The notes beneath the pieces were generated by a model. The model saw nothing but the letters and a program-made list of their open reading frames with translations, did no database searches and was not told where the DNA came from. Made by a program: the position numbers and the translations under genes. From the NCBI GenBank assembly GCA_038207085.1, contig JBBRAE010000005.1, forward strand, positions 20,181-84,180: 64,000 bases of DNA. Reading direction: 5' to 3'. This DNA is from Armatimonadota bacterium. Lineage in GTDB: Bacteria > Armatimonadota > UBA5829 > DTLH01. This document shows positions 44,639 to 54,180 of the stretch, in pieces (the first letter of the stretch is position 1; every line of letters begins with the position of its first letter).

Positions 44639-46579
44639 TTGTTCGCTGGCACTGTCCAGAACTGGATGGAGATCGTGGACATTTCCAATCCCGCCACACC
44701 CGTAAGAATAAGAATTGACCCGCGAACACTGAAGTCCGGAATACGTGGACTATCATCCTACGGGTCCTTCCTCGGCGTCTTAGGAAATGACGATAACCTC
44801 TATCTATTTGACGCGGGGCTTATCGACGAGCAACCCGCGATGTGGTATCGTGAAGCGGTATACAGCATTCCGGCTCGCACTGGTAGCCCTCAATTTAGCA
44901 GTCCATTGCCCTCATTCACGCTGACGTCTGCCGGAGCGTGCATTGGCGTCGCCGTCCCACAACTGACCCCTTACGGCGACCCAAGCCAAGCCGCCCAAGG
45001 GCTGCATACGATCAGCATACCCAACGTCGATGCGAAGCTCAAGATCGGCGAAGCAATACTTGGGGCAGCCATCACAGATGTCGAAGCCAGCGGACAGCAG
45101 GTATTTGCGATCGGCCTCGGTGGAATTCTGGTTTCACTGGACACCTCCGACCCGACACAGCCCAGGTTGCAGGGCATCACAATTACCGCCGACAACAATA
45201 TCCAGTTCCTGCGCGACCAATACCTGACACTCGGGAACAGCTGGGGATGGGAGACTTACGACGTTTCGCTCCCTGCAAAGCCCACAAAAGTCGGCGCAAA
45301 CACCTCTATAAAGGGACCCAAGTCAACCATCTGTGGGAGCTTTGCCTACGCGATCGACGGCTCATCAGCGATGCAGGTCGTCAGCATCTCAGATCCTGCG
45401 CCTATGAAGGTCGTCGCCGCGGTGAACCTGAATGGGCGGATCGATGGCATCACATCGTCAGATCACTATATTTATGTAGGCCTTTCCGGCGTGGCTGGCA
45501 CGTCTGGTGGGGTACTCGCAGTGCTCAACGCAACCGATCCACTGAATCCAGTCAAGGTCGGCGAGATCACTTGGGCAAATAACAACTACGTGTACGAACT
45601 TCGCACCCAGGGGCAGTATCTATACGCGAAGATGAGCAACTCACTCAATATAGTCGACGTGTCAGTCCCAACAAGCCCCAAAGTCGTAGGAAGTCTGGTC
45701 ATTAATCTGCCCGGAGATTATCGACCAGTCGGCGATCGCCTCTACTTCACAACTGGCGCGAGCGTCGGTGTCGTAGATATCTCAGACCCCACCAACCCAC
45801 GGCTTGTTCAGACAATCCCAATGCCGATGCGCCCGGAAGACCGCGTGCCCATATTGCCTATGAGCGTATCCGGCGAGAATGTATTTGTCGCTGCAGGCAC
45901 ATCGGGCGTGTTCATATTCGGTCCGACACCCACGCCTGAGCTCGCCTACACCGGCCAACTCTTCGTAAGCGTCGGCGGGATAGACCTCTCGGCAACTCCT
46001 GTGGGCAAGAGCCCAACCCCGAACCTCGACCTCAAGTTCAAAGCGCAGGGCGTCTCGGGAGGGCTCTACCTCACCAACACAGTCGTGACAAACGTGATTG
46101 GATGCGCCTCCGTCAGGGCTGTCTGGCCCGCAGGCGTCTACGAGGTGAGCGTCACCGATGCAGGCGGCAGGCCCTACTCCAAACCCACCGCCGTAGCGAT
46201 CTACAACCCCTCCAAGAAGGGCGACGCAGTTGCCGGAACGATTGTCGCAGGCGCGGGGCGGCAGGTCTCCCTCGGCATGCTCTGTGAGGCCGGTCCAGCA
46301 CCCGGCTCGATGCTCCTGGTCGATCCAAACTCCGGGGCCAGAGTCGTCTCAAGCAGCCTGCGGAGGACGAAGTTCGTCGAGCAGAACGCGGTGTACTCCG
46401 GCATCTGCAGCTTCCAGGCAGGTAGCGGCCGAAGTGTGTCCGCCTGCGTCGAGCTTATAGTCGGCTCTAAAGGAAACAACTCAGCGGCGAGCGTCCGGGT
46501 CAAGAGGTCACAGGCGAGCCAGGACGCGCTCTACGAGGCCTCAGGCCCTTTGAAAAACGGCGGGATCAGACTGCAGTAG
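44639..46579 (+). CDS. LVIVD-repeat beta-propeller surface protein, C-terminal segment (same frame as 43082..44563; the repeats continue; Ig-like C-terminus)
   Basis: (44639-42965) is divisible by 3. The codons between the TGA and 44639 continue the repeat (KPSAPVQVGGYPCNTLTSFEIKGNTLFAGTVQNWMEIVDISNPATP). No signal peptide or RBS for an independent start. Confidence 0.7.
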   Translation: MFAGTVQNWMEIVDISNPATPVRIRIDPRTLKSGIRGLSSYGSFLGVLGNDDNLYLFDAGLIDEQPAMWYREAVYSIPARTGSPQFSSPLPSFTLTSAGACIGVAVPQLTPYGDPSQAAQGLHTISIPNVDAKLKIGEAILGAAITDVEASGQQVFAIGLGGILVSLDTSDPTQPRLQGITITADNNIQFLRDQYLTLGNSWGWETYDVSLPAKPTKVGANTSIKGPKSTICGSFAYAIDGSSAMQVVSISDPAPMKVVAAVNLNGRIDGITSSDHYIYVGLSGVAGTSGGVLAVLNATDPLNPVKVGEITWANNNYVYELRTQGQYLYAKMSNSLNIVDVSVPTSPKVVGSLVINLPGDYRPVGDRLYFTTGASVGVVDISDPTNPRLVQTIPMPMRPEDRVPILPMSVSGENVFVAAGTSGVFIFGPTPTPELAYTGQLFVSVGGIDLSATPVGKSPTPNLDLKFKAQGVSGGLYLTNTVVTNVIGCASVRAVWPAGVYEVSVTDAGGRPYSKPTAVAIYNPSKKGDAVAGTIVAGAGRQVSLGMLCEAGPAPGSMLLVDPNSGARVVSSSLRRTKFVEQNAVYSGICSFQAGSGRSVSACVELIVGSKGNNSAASVRVKRSQASQDALYEASGPLKNGGIRLQ

Positions 46580-46636
46580 AAAGAGACACGTTGCCCGCTC
46601 TCTTGGGGGCGGGCAACGTTGACAAACCATCACGTT

Positions 46637-46987
46637 CTATCCCTGATCCGTTTGATGAACCAGTAGTACAAGCCTGGAAAAAGCACCCAGCCGAGCAAGC
46701 GCAGCCTTGCTCGAGTTGTAGACCGGAGCGTACGCCGAGGGCAGGAACCCGACGAGGCTTGATTCGTTGATCACCGTCCCCCACCCCTGCCGCTCCATCA
46801 CCCCGAGCGCGAGCTTCACCCCCTCGGCCGTCGCAAAGAAATTGAGGTCAAAATACGCACGGACGTCCTCCATAGAGGTCTCGCTAAACGGCCCAACAAA
46901 CCCCGCGCCCGCATCGTTCACAAACACGTCGGTCGGCACGACAAGCGCCTTGGCCCCAAGCTTCTCAATCTCGTCCTTAAGCTCATT
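46637..46987 (-). pseudogene. Short-chain dehydrogenase/reductase (SDR) C-terminal fragment; the N-terminal Rossmann half is missing at the family-C repeat boundary
   Basis: Manual extension of the track ORF reads *NELKDEIEKLGAKALVVPTDVFVNDAGAG...YNSSKAAL (SDR motifs NNAG and YxxxK). A TAG stop at 46988-46990 is followed immediately by the repeat at 46993. No TGxxxGxG region is found beyond it. Confidence 0.6.
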
Positions 46988-46992
46988 CTACG

Positions 46993-47149
46993 TTGGCCCG
47001 GATTTGAAATCCGGGGCCTGTTGGCAAACAAGGGATCTGTGATCCCGTTCTTTCGACCGTGCCCAATCAACCGGCATAACAGATGCCTATTCGGCACAGA
47101 CGTCCCGGATTGCAAATCCGGACGAACGATAGGTGCAAATCCGGACGAA
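46993..47149 (-). repeat. Family-C MITE-like repeat, copy 2 (inverted; terminal 17-nt partial duplication)
   Basis: The reverse complement matches 29833-29975. tgcaaatccggacgaac is duplicated at the end. Confidence 0.7.
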
Positions 47150-47285
47150 CAAGATGGAAATCTATCTCTCGACAAGAGGCACTGCCTATCGACCTCCACT
47201 CACCTCTTAATTTTGACTTTTGCACTTTGCATTTTTCATTTTGCATTTCCCCCTCACTCTGGCACGCAAATTGCATTATAAATAG

Positions 47286-48842
47286 ATGAAAGAGTCGTTC
47301 ATCATCATGACGTTACCGCTCTACCGAATCATACTGGCCGCCATATCGATTTTATTCGCAGCAGGGGTCCCTTGCGGCGCTGTGCGCTATTACGTCGACG
47401 CGGGCTCGACTGCTGTCGTGCGCGACGGATCGTCCTGGGCAAAGGCGTTCAAGAAGATTGGTGACGCCGTCGCGGTCGCAAAGTTCGGCTCAGAGATCTG
47501 GGTCAAGGCCGGGGTCTATCAGGAGCCGCCGCTTGTTCTGAACTCCTATTTGTGGCTCTACGGCGGATTTATCGGCTTTGAGACCAAACAAGAGTACCGT
47601 ATCCCGGGCGCGTTCCCGAGCATAATCGATGTAGACCGCCAGGGCAGCGTCATCACCGTCGCAAGAGATAAGCGCTGCACCATCGACGGCTTTACGATTC
47701 GAAACGGTTTCGCAATGTATGGAGGCGGGCTGAACTGCCAGACCAACTCCGTTGTCAACATGCGAAACTGCCGAATCGAAGGCTGTGAGGCGACTTACGC
47801 CGGAGGCGGAGCGTACTTTGGCACCTATGCGCCGATGGACTTTATCGGCGGACTGACCGACTGCGTGGTCATCGGCAACACCTCAGCGCAGGGCGGCGGG
47901 GTGGTGATCGAGTATCACTGCGCGGCGGTCTTGACGCGCTGTCTAATCATCCGAAACCACGCGACATCAAACGGCGGCGGGGTCTACTGTCCGTTTCACT
48001 GCGATGGCCGGATGTACTACTGCACCGTCGCTTACAACTCGGCCGGTGAGACGTCCGGCGGCGCTTACGTGCACTACGGTGGCAACGTCGCTTTCACGAA
48101 CAGTATCTTTGCCTTCAACTCTGCGCCCACTTCAGGCGGGCTCGGTGGAGGCGGCGGGACCAACTCGCTGCAGTACAGCTACTGCAACCTTTTTGGCAAT
48201 CAGGGCGGCGACTGGGGTGGAAACATCCTTGACCCGTCGAGGTTTCTCGGAAACTACTCGGCGGACCCGAGGTTCATCGCCCCGGAGCGCGATGAGTTTC
48301 ATCTATGGTCAAATTCACCCTGCACAAGCGCGGGGTGCTTCGCAGTTGAGAGCCCTTACCGGATCGAGCGCATCGGAGTCGCAAAGAGCCTGCCCACAGG
48401 CACGAGTGTGCGGCTTCGGGGCAAGATCGTCTCCGGTGTGCGTGATGGAATCACCTACATTCAGGAGCACGACCGGGCGGCGGCGATCGCTGTCACAGGG
48501 CTTTCGGGTTACACATCGGGTCAGGTGCTTCGGGACATCACCGGCGTGATCAGCGGCGACGTACGAACCCTTGCCGCAGGCACGACGACAACCCAGGCGG
48601 GGTTCAGCTACCCGTTCAAACCGCTTGGGACGAATGTGTCGTCCATCGCGACGCTCACGGGCATGATGTCGCGGACCTGGGGCCGAGTCACAGGCCTTAC
48701 CGTGGAGGGATTTGTGATAAATGACGGGCGCACAGAGCTTCAGGTGATAGCAAGCGGCGCGTCGGTCGGCGATTTTGTTGTGGTAACGGGCGTGTATGCG
48801 CTCGATGGAAAGTTTGCGGCTGTTTCAGTCGTAAGAAAGTGA
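47286..48842 (+). CDS. Secreted right-handed parallel beta-helix protein with Pmp-like GGA / FxxN repeats
   Basis: Signal/TM MTLPLYRIILAAISILFAAGVPCGA. Repeats ..GGGAYF.., ..NGGGVYC.., ..GGAYVHYGGNVAFTNSIFAFNSA.. resemble polymorphic-membrane-protein / PbH1 repeats. Confidence 0.65.
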   Translation: MKESFIIMTLPLYRIILAAISILFAAGVPCGAVRYYVDAGSTAVVRDGSSWAKAFKKIGDAVAVAKFGSEIWVKAGVYQEPPLVLNSYLWLYGGFIGFETKQEYRIPGAFPSIIDVDRQGSVITVARDKRCTIDGFTIRNGFAMYGGGLNCQTNSVVNMRNCRIEGCEATYAGGGAYFGTYAPMDFIGGLTDCVVIGNTSAQGGGVVIEYHCAAVLTRCLIIRNHATSNGGGVYCPFHCDGRMYYCTVAYNSAGETSGGAYVHYGGNVAFTNSIFAFNSAPTSGGLGGGGGTNSLQYSYCNLFGNQGGDWGGNILDPSRFLGNYSADPRFIAPERDEFHLWSNSPCTSAGCFAVESPYRIERIGVAKSLPTGTSVRLRGKIVSGVRDGITYIQEHDRAAAIAVTGLSGYTSGQVLRDITGVISGDVRTLAAGTTTTQAGFSYPFKPLGTNVSSIATLTGMMSRTWGRVTGLTVEGFVINDGRTELQVIASGASVGDFVVVTGVYALDGKFAAVSVVRK

Positions 48843-48854
48843 TTGGAGGTGAAT

Positions 48855-49055
48855 GTGAACAGGCTGATTTTTGTAGTTGAAAACGCACCCGAAGGCGGTT
48901 ACGTCGCCCGCGCGCTTGGCACAACGCTCTCTGCAAACGCGGAGGACTTGATCGAGCTTCGTCTGCGCGTTCAAGAGACCGTTCGGATGCAGATCGGTGA
49001 CTGCGAGGCAGAACAGATCGGGTTTTTCGATCTTTCAAGGTCAATGGGGGCATAA
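48855..49055 (+). CDS. Small HicB-like (UPF0150) protein, with no adjacent HicA
   Basis: ...VVENAPEGGYVARALGTTLSANAEDLIELRLRVQETVRM parallels the HicB N-domain (..EGGYVA..PG...G.T.EEA..N..EAI...LE). GTG start with GGAGGTGAA RBS. No toxin partner is found. Confidence 0.4.
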   Translation: MNRLIFVVENAPEGGYVARALGTTLSANAEDLIELRLRVQETVRMQIGDCEAEQIGFFDLSRSMGA

Positions 49056-49072
49056 CCAAACCCCCACCCAAA

Positions 49073-49702
49073 CTAGCCCCTGATCCACGGGTTCATGCGT
49101 CGTTCAGCGCCGATAGTCGAGCTCGGCCCGTGCCCGGGGTAGATGACGGTGTCGTCGGGCAGGGTGAGCAGCCGGTCATGTATCGACTCAAGAAGCGTCT
49201 CTGCCGAGCCACCCATAAAGTCGGTGCGCCCGATACTTCCCTCAAAGAGCGTGTCGCCTGTAAAGCAGGTCTTCCCCGAGACAAAGCACACTCCACCGGG
49301 TGTGTGCCCGGGCGTGTGGATCACCCGAAGCTCGGTCTCCCCAAGCGCGATCACATCTCCGTGGTTCAAAAACTCCCCTAAGGTCGGCTCAATGTAGCGA
49401 GAAACGTCGTAGAAAAGCTCGACCAAGCCCGTTTCGTCGTGGAGCTGCGGCAGATCAAGCTCGTGCATCAACAGCTTAACACCGGGAAACTTCTGCTGAA
49501 GCTCGCCTGCGGCAAAGGAATGGTCCGAGTGGCCGTGGGTGAGCAAAATATGCTTGAGCAGAGCGTCGTTGTCCTCTATCACACGGGCGATCACATCGGG
49601 CTCGTCACCGGGGTCGATAACCGCCGCCTCGCGAGTTGACTGATCAATAACAAGGTAACAATTGGCCCCGAGTTGGCCCACGACTATTGGTTTGATTTCC
49701 AT
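49073..49702 (-). CDS. MBL-fold metallo-hydrolase (glyoxalase-II-like)
   Basis: LLTHGHSDHS (the HxHxDH motif); 209 aa. Confidence 0.8.
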   Translation of the reverse strand: MEIKPIVVGQLGANCYLVIDQSTREAAVIDPGDEPDVIARVIEDNDALLKHILLTHGHSDHSFAAGELQQKFPGVKLLMHELDLPQLHDETGLVELFYDVSRYIEPTLGEFLNHGDVIALGETELRVIHTPGHTPGGVCFVSGKTCFTGDTLFEGSIGRTDFMGGSAETLLESIHDRLLTLPDDTVIYPGHGPSSTIGAERRMNPWIRG

Positions 49703-50614
49703 TTAGCAGCTTTCTTCCGTAGTCTGTTGTCTCATCTTCCGAAGGTTCACCGCGTCGAACGCGTCGAGCTGTCCCGCCTGCCTGTAGTGCGCGTAGGCTT
49801 CTCTGTCCGCCCCCTCGCGCGCATAGGCGTCTGCGAGGATCGCGTGGTAGGCCTGGTCCGCTGGCTTGAGCTCCACGGCACGTTTCATCGCGTGTATCGA
49901 GTCCGACACATAGCCCGCACGAAGGTAGAGCATCCCTAGACGAATATTGTAATATGCGTCAAGCGGCGAGAATATCGTCGCCTGCTGCATCTCGATGATC
50001 GCGTCGGCCACACGCCCGGCGATGAGATAAAGGTCTCCGAGCCAGAAGTGATAGAACCCGTCAGACTCAGTCACCTGCACCGCGATCTCCAGATGCAGTA
50101 TCGCCTCATCGACGAGCCCCATCTGTGCGAGCGCGTCCCCAAGCTTGTACCTGTAGAACGGGTTCAAGGGGTTGTATTGCACGGCCTTGCGGTATTCGCC
50201 GACAGCAGCATAAAGCTTGCCGTAGCGGCGATATATCTCCGCAAGCCCAAAATGCGGCTCCGCGCGCCTGGGTTTGAGCTTGAGCGACTTTCGATACTCG
50301 GAGACGGCTTTGACAGAGTCTTCGGAGTAAGCGTAGGCGTCACCGAGGCGCTCACGAAAGTGAACATTTGCGCCTTCCATCTGCACCGCTTTTCGATAGT
50401 GCAGAATCGCGTCCTCAACGCGCCCTTCATTGCAGAGCCCGTCACCTATCTGCGCTCGTTCAAAGGCCGATGGGTCGCGCTTAGCTTGGGGCCGAGCATT
50501 GGGGTCGGTCCGCATGCGCTCTTCAAACTTGCCTTCGAGCCGTTCTGTATTTACGTTATCGAACTTGTTTTCTTCCATATCACTTACTATATCAACCGCC
50601 GAAGTAGGCAGCAC
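49703..50614 (-). CDS. Tetratricopeptide-repeat protein
   Basis: Multiple 34-aa TPR units (..AI.HYRKAVQ..P.N.....LGDAY...G....A). The start may be the internal MEENKF (50578). Confidence 0.7.
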   Translation of the reverse strand: MLPTSAVDIVSDMEENKFDNVNTERLEGKFEERMRTDPNARPQAKRDPSAFERAQIGDGLCNEGRVEDAILHYRKAVQMEGANVHFRERLGDAYAYSEDSVKAVSEYRKSLKLKPRRAEPHFGLAEIYRRYGKLYAAVGEYRKAVQYNPLNPFYRYKLGDALAQMGLVDEAILHLEIAVQVTESDGFYHFWLGDLYLIAGRVADAIIEMQQATIFSPLDAYYNIRLGMLYLRAGYVSDSIHAMKRAVELKPADQAYHAILADAYAREGADREAYAHYRQAGQLDAFDAVNLRKMRQQTTEESC

Positions 50615-50642
50615 ACCATTTATTCGTTGCTCAGTTCACCGA

Positions 50643-51439
50643 CAAACTCACGTAGTGGCCGGTCGCCGTGCCGGCCATCAGCACCAAAGGCGCTGCGCCA
50701 ACTGTGTAATCTCATATACATGATCATTTGTACGACGCGTCTCGCGTCGATGGCCAGCCAGCGACCGGCCACTACATCAACTGCACCTATAACGGCAGAA
50801 TATCGGGCATACCGGAGTACGGCCACAAATCCGCAGTCTCCGCCAATCCTCCCCTTATCGGATTCTCCAGAATGTACTGGCAAATTGCAATTGTATCCTC
50901 ATCCCTACGCGCTATGTGATCGTACCAACTCCGCTGCCACAACTGACCTTCACCTTCGTGCTTTCGATAGATCATAGTCGTAAAGCTCTTGAATTGGCCA
51001 ATGACACTACCTACAGACGCTTGTTCCTCTGTGGGCGACAGCGCCAGATGCAAGTGATCAGGCATCAGACAATACGCATACAGCCGAATGATCCCCTTGT
51101 CACGCCTCCACAACAGAGCATCAACAACATCGCGAGCCAGCAAGGGATCTTCAAAAACCCGCTGTTTGTCGGTCGTGCACATGGTTGCAAAATAGACCAT
51201 GTTAGGGTCAGAATAGCTAACATCCTCAAGTCGCATCCGTTTGCGAAGATAGCATCGCTCTCGAGTTTCGCTCATACACAATCCCCAACAAACGCCATAT
51301 CGCCACAAACTCACGTAGTGGCCGGTCGCCGTGCCGGCCATCAGCGCCAAAGGCGCTGCGCCAACTGTGTAATCTCATATACGTGATCATTTGTACGACG
51401 CGTCCCGCGTCGATGGCCGGCCAGCGACCGGCCACTACA
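50643..51439 (-). mobile_element. REP-associated tyrosine transposase (RAYT) gene flanked by two near-identical REPIN copies (50643-50775 and 51306-51439)
   Basis: The two 130-bp flanks differ at about 4 positions. Each flank is an inverted doublet: GTAGTGGCCGGTCGCCGTGCCGGCCATC ... GATGGCC(A/G)GCCAGCGACCGGCCACTAC. Confidence 0.75.
50787..51275 (-). CDS. REP-associated tyrosine transposase (IS200/IS605-like HuH Y1 transposase, RAYT class)
   Basis: Start at MSETRERCYLRKR (ATG 51273-51275). HuH motif LYAYCLMPDHLHLAL. Downstream ..QRSWYDHI.. tyrosine region. Track ORFs over the flanks (50430..50723, 50620..50883, 51226..51489) are repeat read-throughs. Confidence 0.75.
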   Translation of the reverse strand: MSETRERCYLRKRMRLEDVSYSDPNMVYFATMCTTDKQRVFEDPLLARDVVDALLWRRDKGIIRLYAYCLMPDHLHLALSPTEEQASVGSVIGQFKSFTTMIYRKHEGEGQLWQRSWYDHIARRDEDTIAICQYILENPIRGGLAETADLWPYSGMPDILPL

Positions 51440-51457
51440 ATTTCCCATCGGCGGACA

Positions 51458-51910
51458 TCACAATCTAAACTCCGCGCTGTCCATAACAATCGTCACCGGC
51501 CCATCGTTCTGTATCCCAAATAGCATATGTGCTTGGAACTGTCCGGTTTTGATCGGCACGCCAAGGCCTCGCAGATGTTCGACGAACTTCTGATAGAGCC
51601 TGTCGGCATCCCCCGGTGGGGCTGCCTTGTCGAACCCCGGGCGGCGGCCACGTCTAACATCTGCATAAAGCGTGAACTGCGAAACAACCAGCGCTTCCCC
51701 GCCGATATCGAGCACTGAGAGATTCATTTTACCCGCTTCGTCCTCGAAAATCCTGAGGTTAGCTACCTTATCGGCAAGCTTGGGGATGTCGCGCTCTGTG
51801 TCACCCTGACCTACACCCAAAAGTATCGCAAGACCCCGGCCGATTCGCGATATCTCGCGGCCCTCGACCGTGACGCTCGCCCCTGTTACCCTCTGAAGCA
51901 CGAGCCTCAT
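51458..51910 (-). CDS. dtd: D-aminoacyl-tRNA deacylase
   Basis: [13 protein letters not shown]...IG.GL..LLGV...D..SQFTLYAD.. (the SQFTL motif); 150 aa. Confidence 0.9.
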   Translation of the reverse strand: MRLVLQRVTGASVTVEGREISRIGRGLAILLGVGQGDTERDIPKLADKVANLRIFEDEAGKMNLSVLDIGGEALVVSQFTLYADVRRGRRPGFDKAAPPGDADRLYQKFVEHLRGLGVPIKTGQFQAHMLFGIQNDGPVTIVMDSAEFRL

Positions 51911-51911
51911 A

Positions 51912-54140
51912 CTACTTTACTCCACCGGGGCTGTGCGCGGCAACCCTTTCAATCTTAAGAATATCAGAAAGCCTCCCGATCGCGTTCATCAGGTCGGTGA
52001 GGTGCGCAACGTCCCGCACCGCGACGTTTAGATCGAACGATGCATGCCTGTCAGGTAGCGACTTGATCTTGGCACCGGTGATGTTGGTGTTGGCGGTTGA
52101 AAATATCGCCGATATATCCTGCAGGAGCCCAACGCGGTCCAGCGCCTCGACCTTGATGTTGGCCTCGTAGCGCTCCCCGTCCGGCGTCCAGTCGACCGCG
52201 ACCAGGCGTTCCTCTTCGTTCTGACGAAACGCGGTGACGTTTGGGCAGTTGGTGCGGTGAAGCACCATCCCCTTGCCCCGCGAGACGTAGCCGACTACCT
52301 CGTCACCGGGCACCGGAGCGCAGCACTTGGCGCGGATGATTGCGACCTGGTCGATCCCACCATCGAGCTGGATCGCAGGCTTACCCGACACCTGCGACTT
52401 GGCGATGGCAAACTCTTCGGGGTGCGGTTCCTCAGCTTTCAGCTTGTTTACGACCGCCCCAACCGCCACGTGTCCGTAGCCGATCGCTGCGAGAAGATCC
52501 TCATCTGACTGCAGGTTGAATGTCCCCGCGATCTTTTGGAGCTTCTCCGGTTTCATCAGGCTTTGGGCGACCTGGCTTCCCAGGCGGTCGAGTTCGCGTT
52601 CAAGCACGGTTTTCCCCTGCCCCACGCTCTGGACGTATTCGAGCTTGCGGAAGTGCGCCTTGATACGGTTGCGCGCGTGCGAAGTCTTTACAAACAAGAG
52701 CCAGTCGCGGCTCGGCTGACTGTTCGAGCGGGTAATGACCTCGACGATGTCGCCGTTTTTGAACTGGTACGCTAGCGGCACTATGCGACCGTTCACCTTG
52801 GCCCCAACACAGTGGTTCCCGACATCGCTGTGGATTCTAAAGGCAAAGTCCAGCGGAGTCGAACCGGCGGGCAGGTCAACAACATCGCCGCGCGGGGTGA
52901 AGACGAATACCTGATCGGTAAACAGATCGTCGATCACCGAGTGCAGAAACTCGTTTGCGTCCTTGGTATCGGCCTGCCAGTCGAAAAGCTGCTGGCGGAG
53001 CCACGACATCTTGCGCTCGAACTCATCCCCCGCCCCAGCCTGCTCTTTGTAGCGCCAATGCGCGGCGATTCCAAAATCAGCCATCCGGTGCATGTCCCAG
53101 GTGCGAATCTGTATCTCAAGCGGCTCCCCGCGAGGCCCGATGACCTTGGTGTGAAGCGACTGGTACATGTTGGACTTCGGCTTTGCGATGTGATCCGCGA
53201 AACGGTCGGGAATCGGCATCCATTGGTCGTGCACGACACCCAGCGCGTGATAGCAGTCGGCAACGCTGTTTACGATGATGCGAAGCGCCGAGAGGTCGTA
53301 AATCTCGCTAAAGTCGACCCCTTCGCGGAGCGTCTTCTGATAAATACTGTAGAGGTGCTTTGGCCTGGCCTGGATCGTCGCCGAGATATGCTCATCGCGC
53401 AGTCGGTTTTGGATGATCTCGACCGCCTCTTTCAGGTCGGTTTCCCGCTCGACACGCGTGCGAGAGACTTTCTCCGCGGTCAGGGCGTACTCCTCGGGCT
53501 GAAGATACTTAAACGCGAGGTCCTCAAGCTCCCACTTCACCTTCCAAATCCCCAGGCGATGGGCGAGCGGGGAGAAGATCTGAAGCGTCTCCATCGCGAC
53601 CTTTTTCTGCCGGTCCTCGGGGAGTCCCTGAAGAGTCATCATGTTGTGCAGCCGGTCGGCGAGCTTGATGACCATAACCCGCAGGTCACGCGCCATCGCA
53701 AGCAAAATCTTGCGCAGGTTCTCAGCGCTCCTGCTCGACTCGGCGTGCTTCTTCTTGGTGGCCCCGTCCACTTTCTCAGCATCGGTTGTCACCACGACGT
53801 CGAAATCGGCGAGTTTCAGCTTTGTGACTCCGTCGACCAGACGCGCAACGTCCGGGCCGAACTCTTTTTCAAGCTGCTCAAGCTTTACATCCTGGTCCTC
53901 GACCACGTCGTGAAGAAGCCCTGCGGCGATGCTGACCGAGTCCATTTCGAGGTCGGCCAAAATGCGTGCGGCTTCCAGGGGATGGGTGATATAGGGGTCG
54001 CCGGATAGACGTGCCTGCCCCTCGTGCGCCTTCTCGGCAAACCGGTAGGCGCGCTCGATAAGCTCGAAATTGGCGTCCGGGTTATACTCCCGCACGCGCT
54101 CGATTATGGAGTCTATAGTCGTGGCCATTGTCTTATGCAA
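51912..54140 (-). CDS. relA: Bifunctional (p)ppGpp synthetase/hydrolase (RelA/SpoT family)
   Basis: HD hydrolase domain ([15 protein letters not shown]), RelA_SpoT synthetase, TGS and C-terminal ACT domains; 742 aa. 1-nt gap to dtd. Confidence 0.9.
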   Translation of the reverse strand: MHKTMATTIDSIIERVREYNPDANFELIERAYRFAEKAHEGQARLSGDPYITHPLEAARILADLEMDSVSIAAGLLHDVVEDQDVKLEQLEKEFGPDVARLVDGVTKLKLADFDVVVTTDAEKVDGATKKKHAESSRSAENLRKILLAMARDLRVMVIKLADRLHNMMTLQGLPEDRQKKVAMETLQIFSPLAHRLGIWKVKWELEDLAFKYLQPEEYALTAEKVSRTRVERETDLKEAVEIIQNRLRDEHISATIQARPKHLYSIYQKTLREGVDFSEIYDLSALRIIVNSVADCYHALGVVHDQWMPIPDRFADHIAKPKSNMYQSLHTKVIGPRGEPLEIQIRTWDMHRMADFGIAAHWRYKEQAGAGDEFERKMSWLRQQLFDWQADTKDANEFLHSVIDDLFTDQVFVFTPRGDVVDLPAGSTPLDFAFRIHSDVGNHCVGAKVNGRIVPLAYQFKNGDIVEVITRSNSQPSRDWLLFVKTSHARNRIKAHFRKLEYVQSVGQGKTVLERELDRLGSQVAQSLMKPEKLQKIAGTFNLQSDEDLLAAIGYGHVAVGAVVNKLKAEEPHPEEFAIAKSQVSGKPAIQLDGGIDQVAIIRAKCCAPVPGDEVVGYVSRGKGMVLHRTNCPNVTAFRQNEEERLVAVDWTPDGERYEANIKVEALDRVGLLQDISAIFSTANTNITGAKIKSLPDRHASFDLNVAVRDVAHLTDLMNAIGRLSDILKIERVAAHSPGGVK

Positions 54141-54180
54141 GTAAGCGTTACGAACTGGTCCTTAGGTGCCACTTCACCAC

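Noticed and set aside
46918-47199. 93-aa ORF (and 47021..47281, 47067..47276) over the family-C repeat.
   Set aside because: They lie inside the MITE-like element and the AT-rich promoter of the beta-helix gene. Equivalent spurious ORFs cover the other copy (29828..30058, 29883..30146).
50430-51489. Track ORFs 50430..50723, 50620..50883, 50916..51386 and 51226..51489.
   Set aside because: They run through the REPIN flanks and the antisense of the RAYT gene. Their identical peptide tails (…HVVAGRRAGHQ.QRRCANCVISYT) are a repeat read-through artefact.
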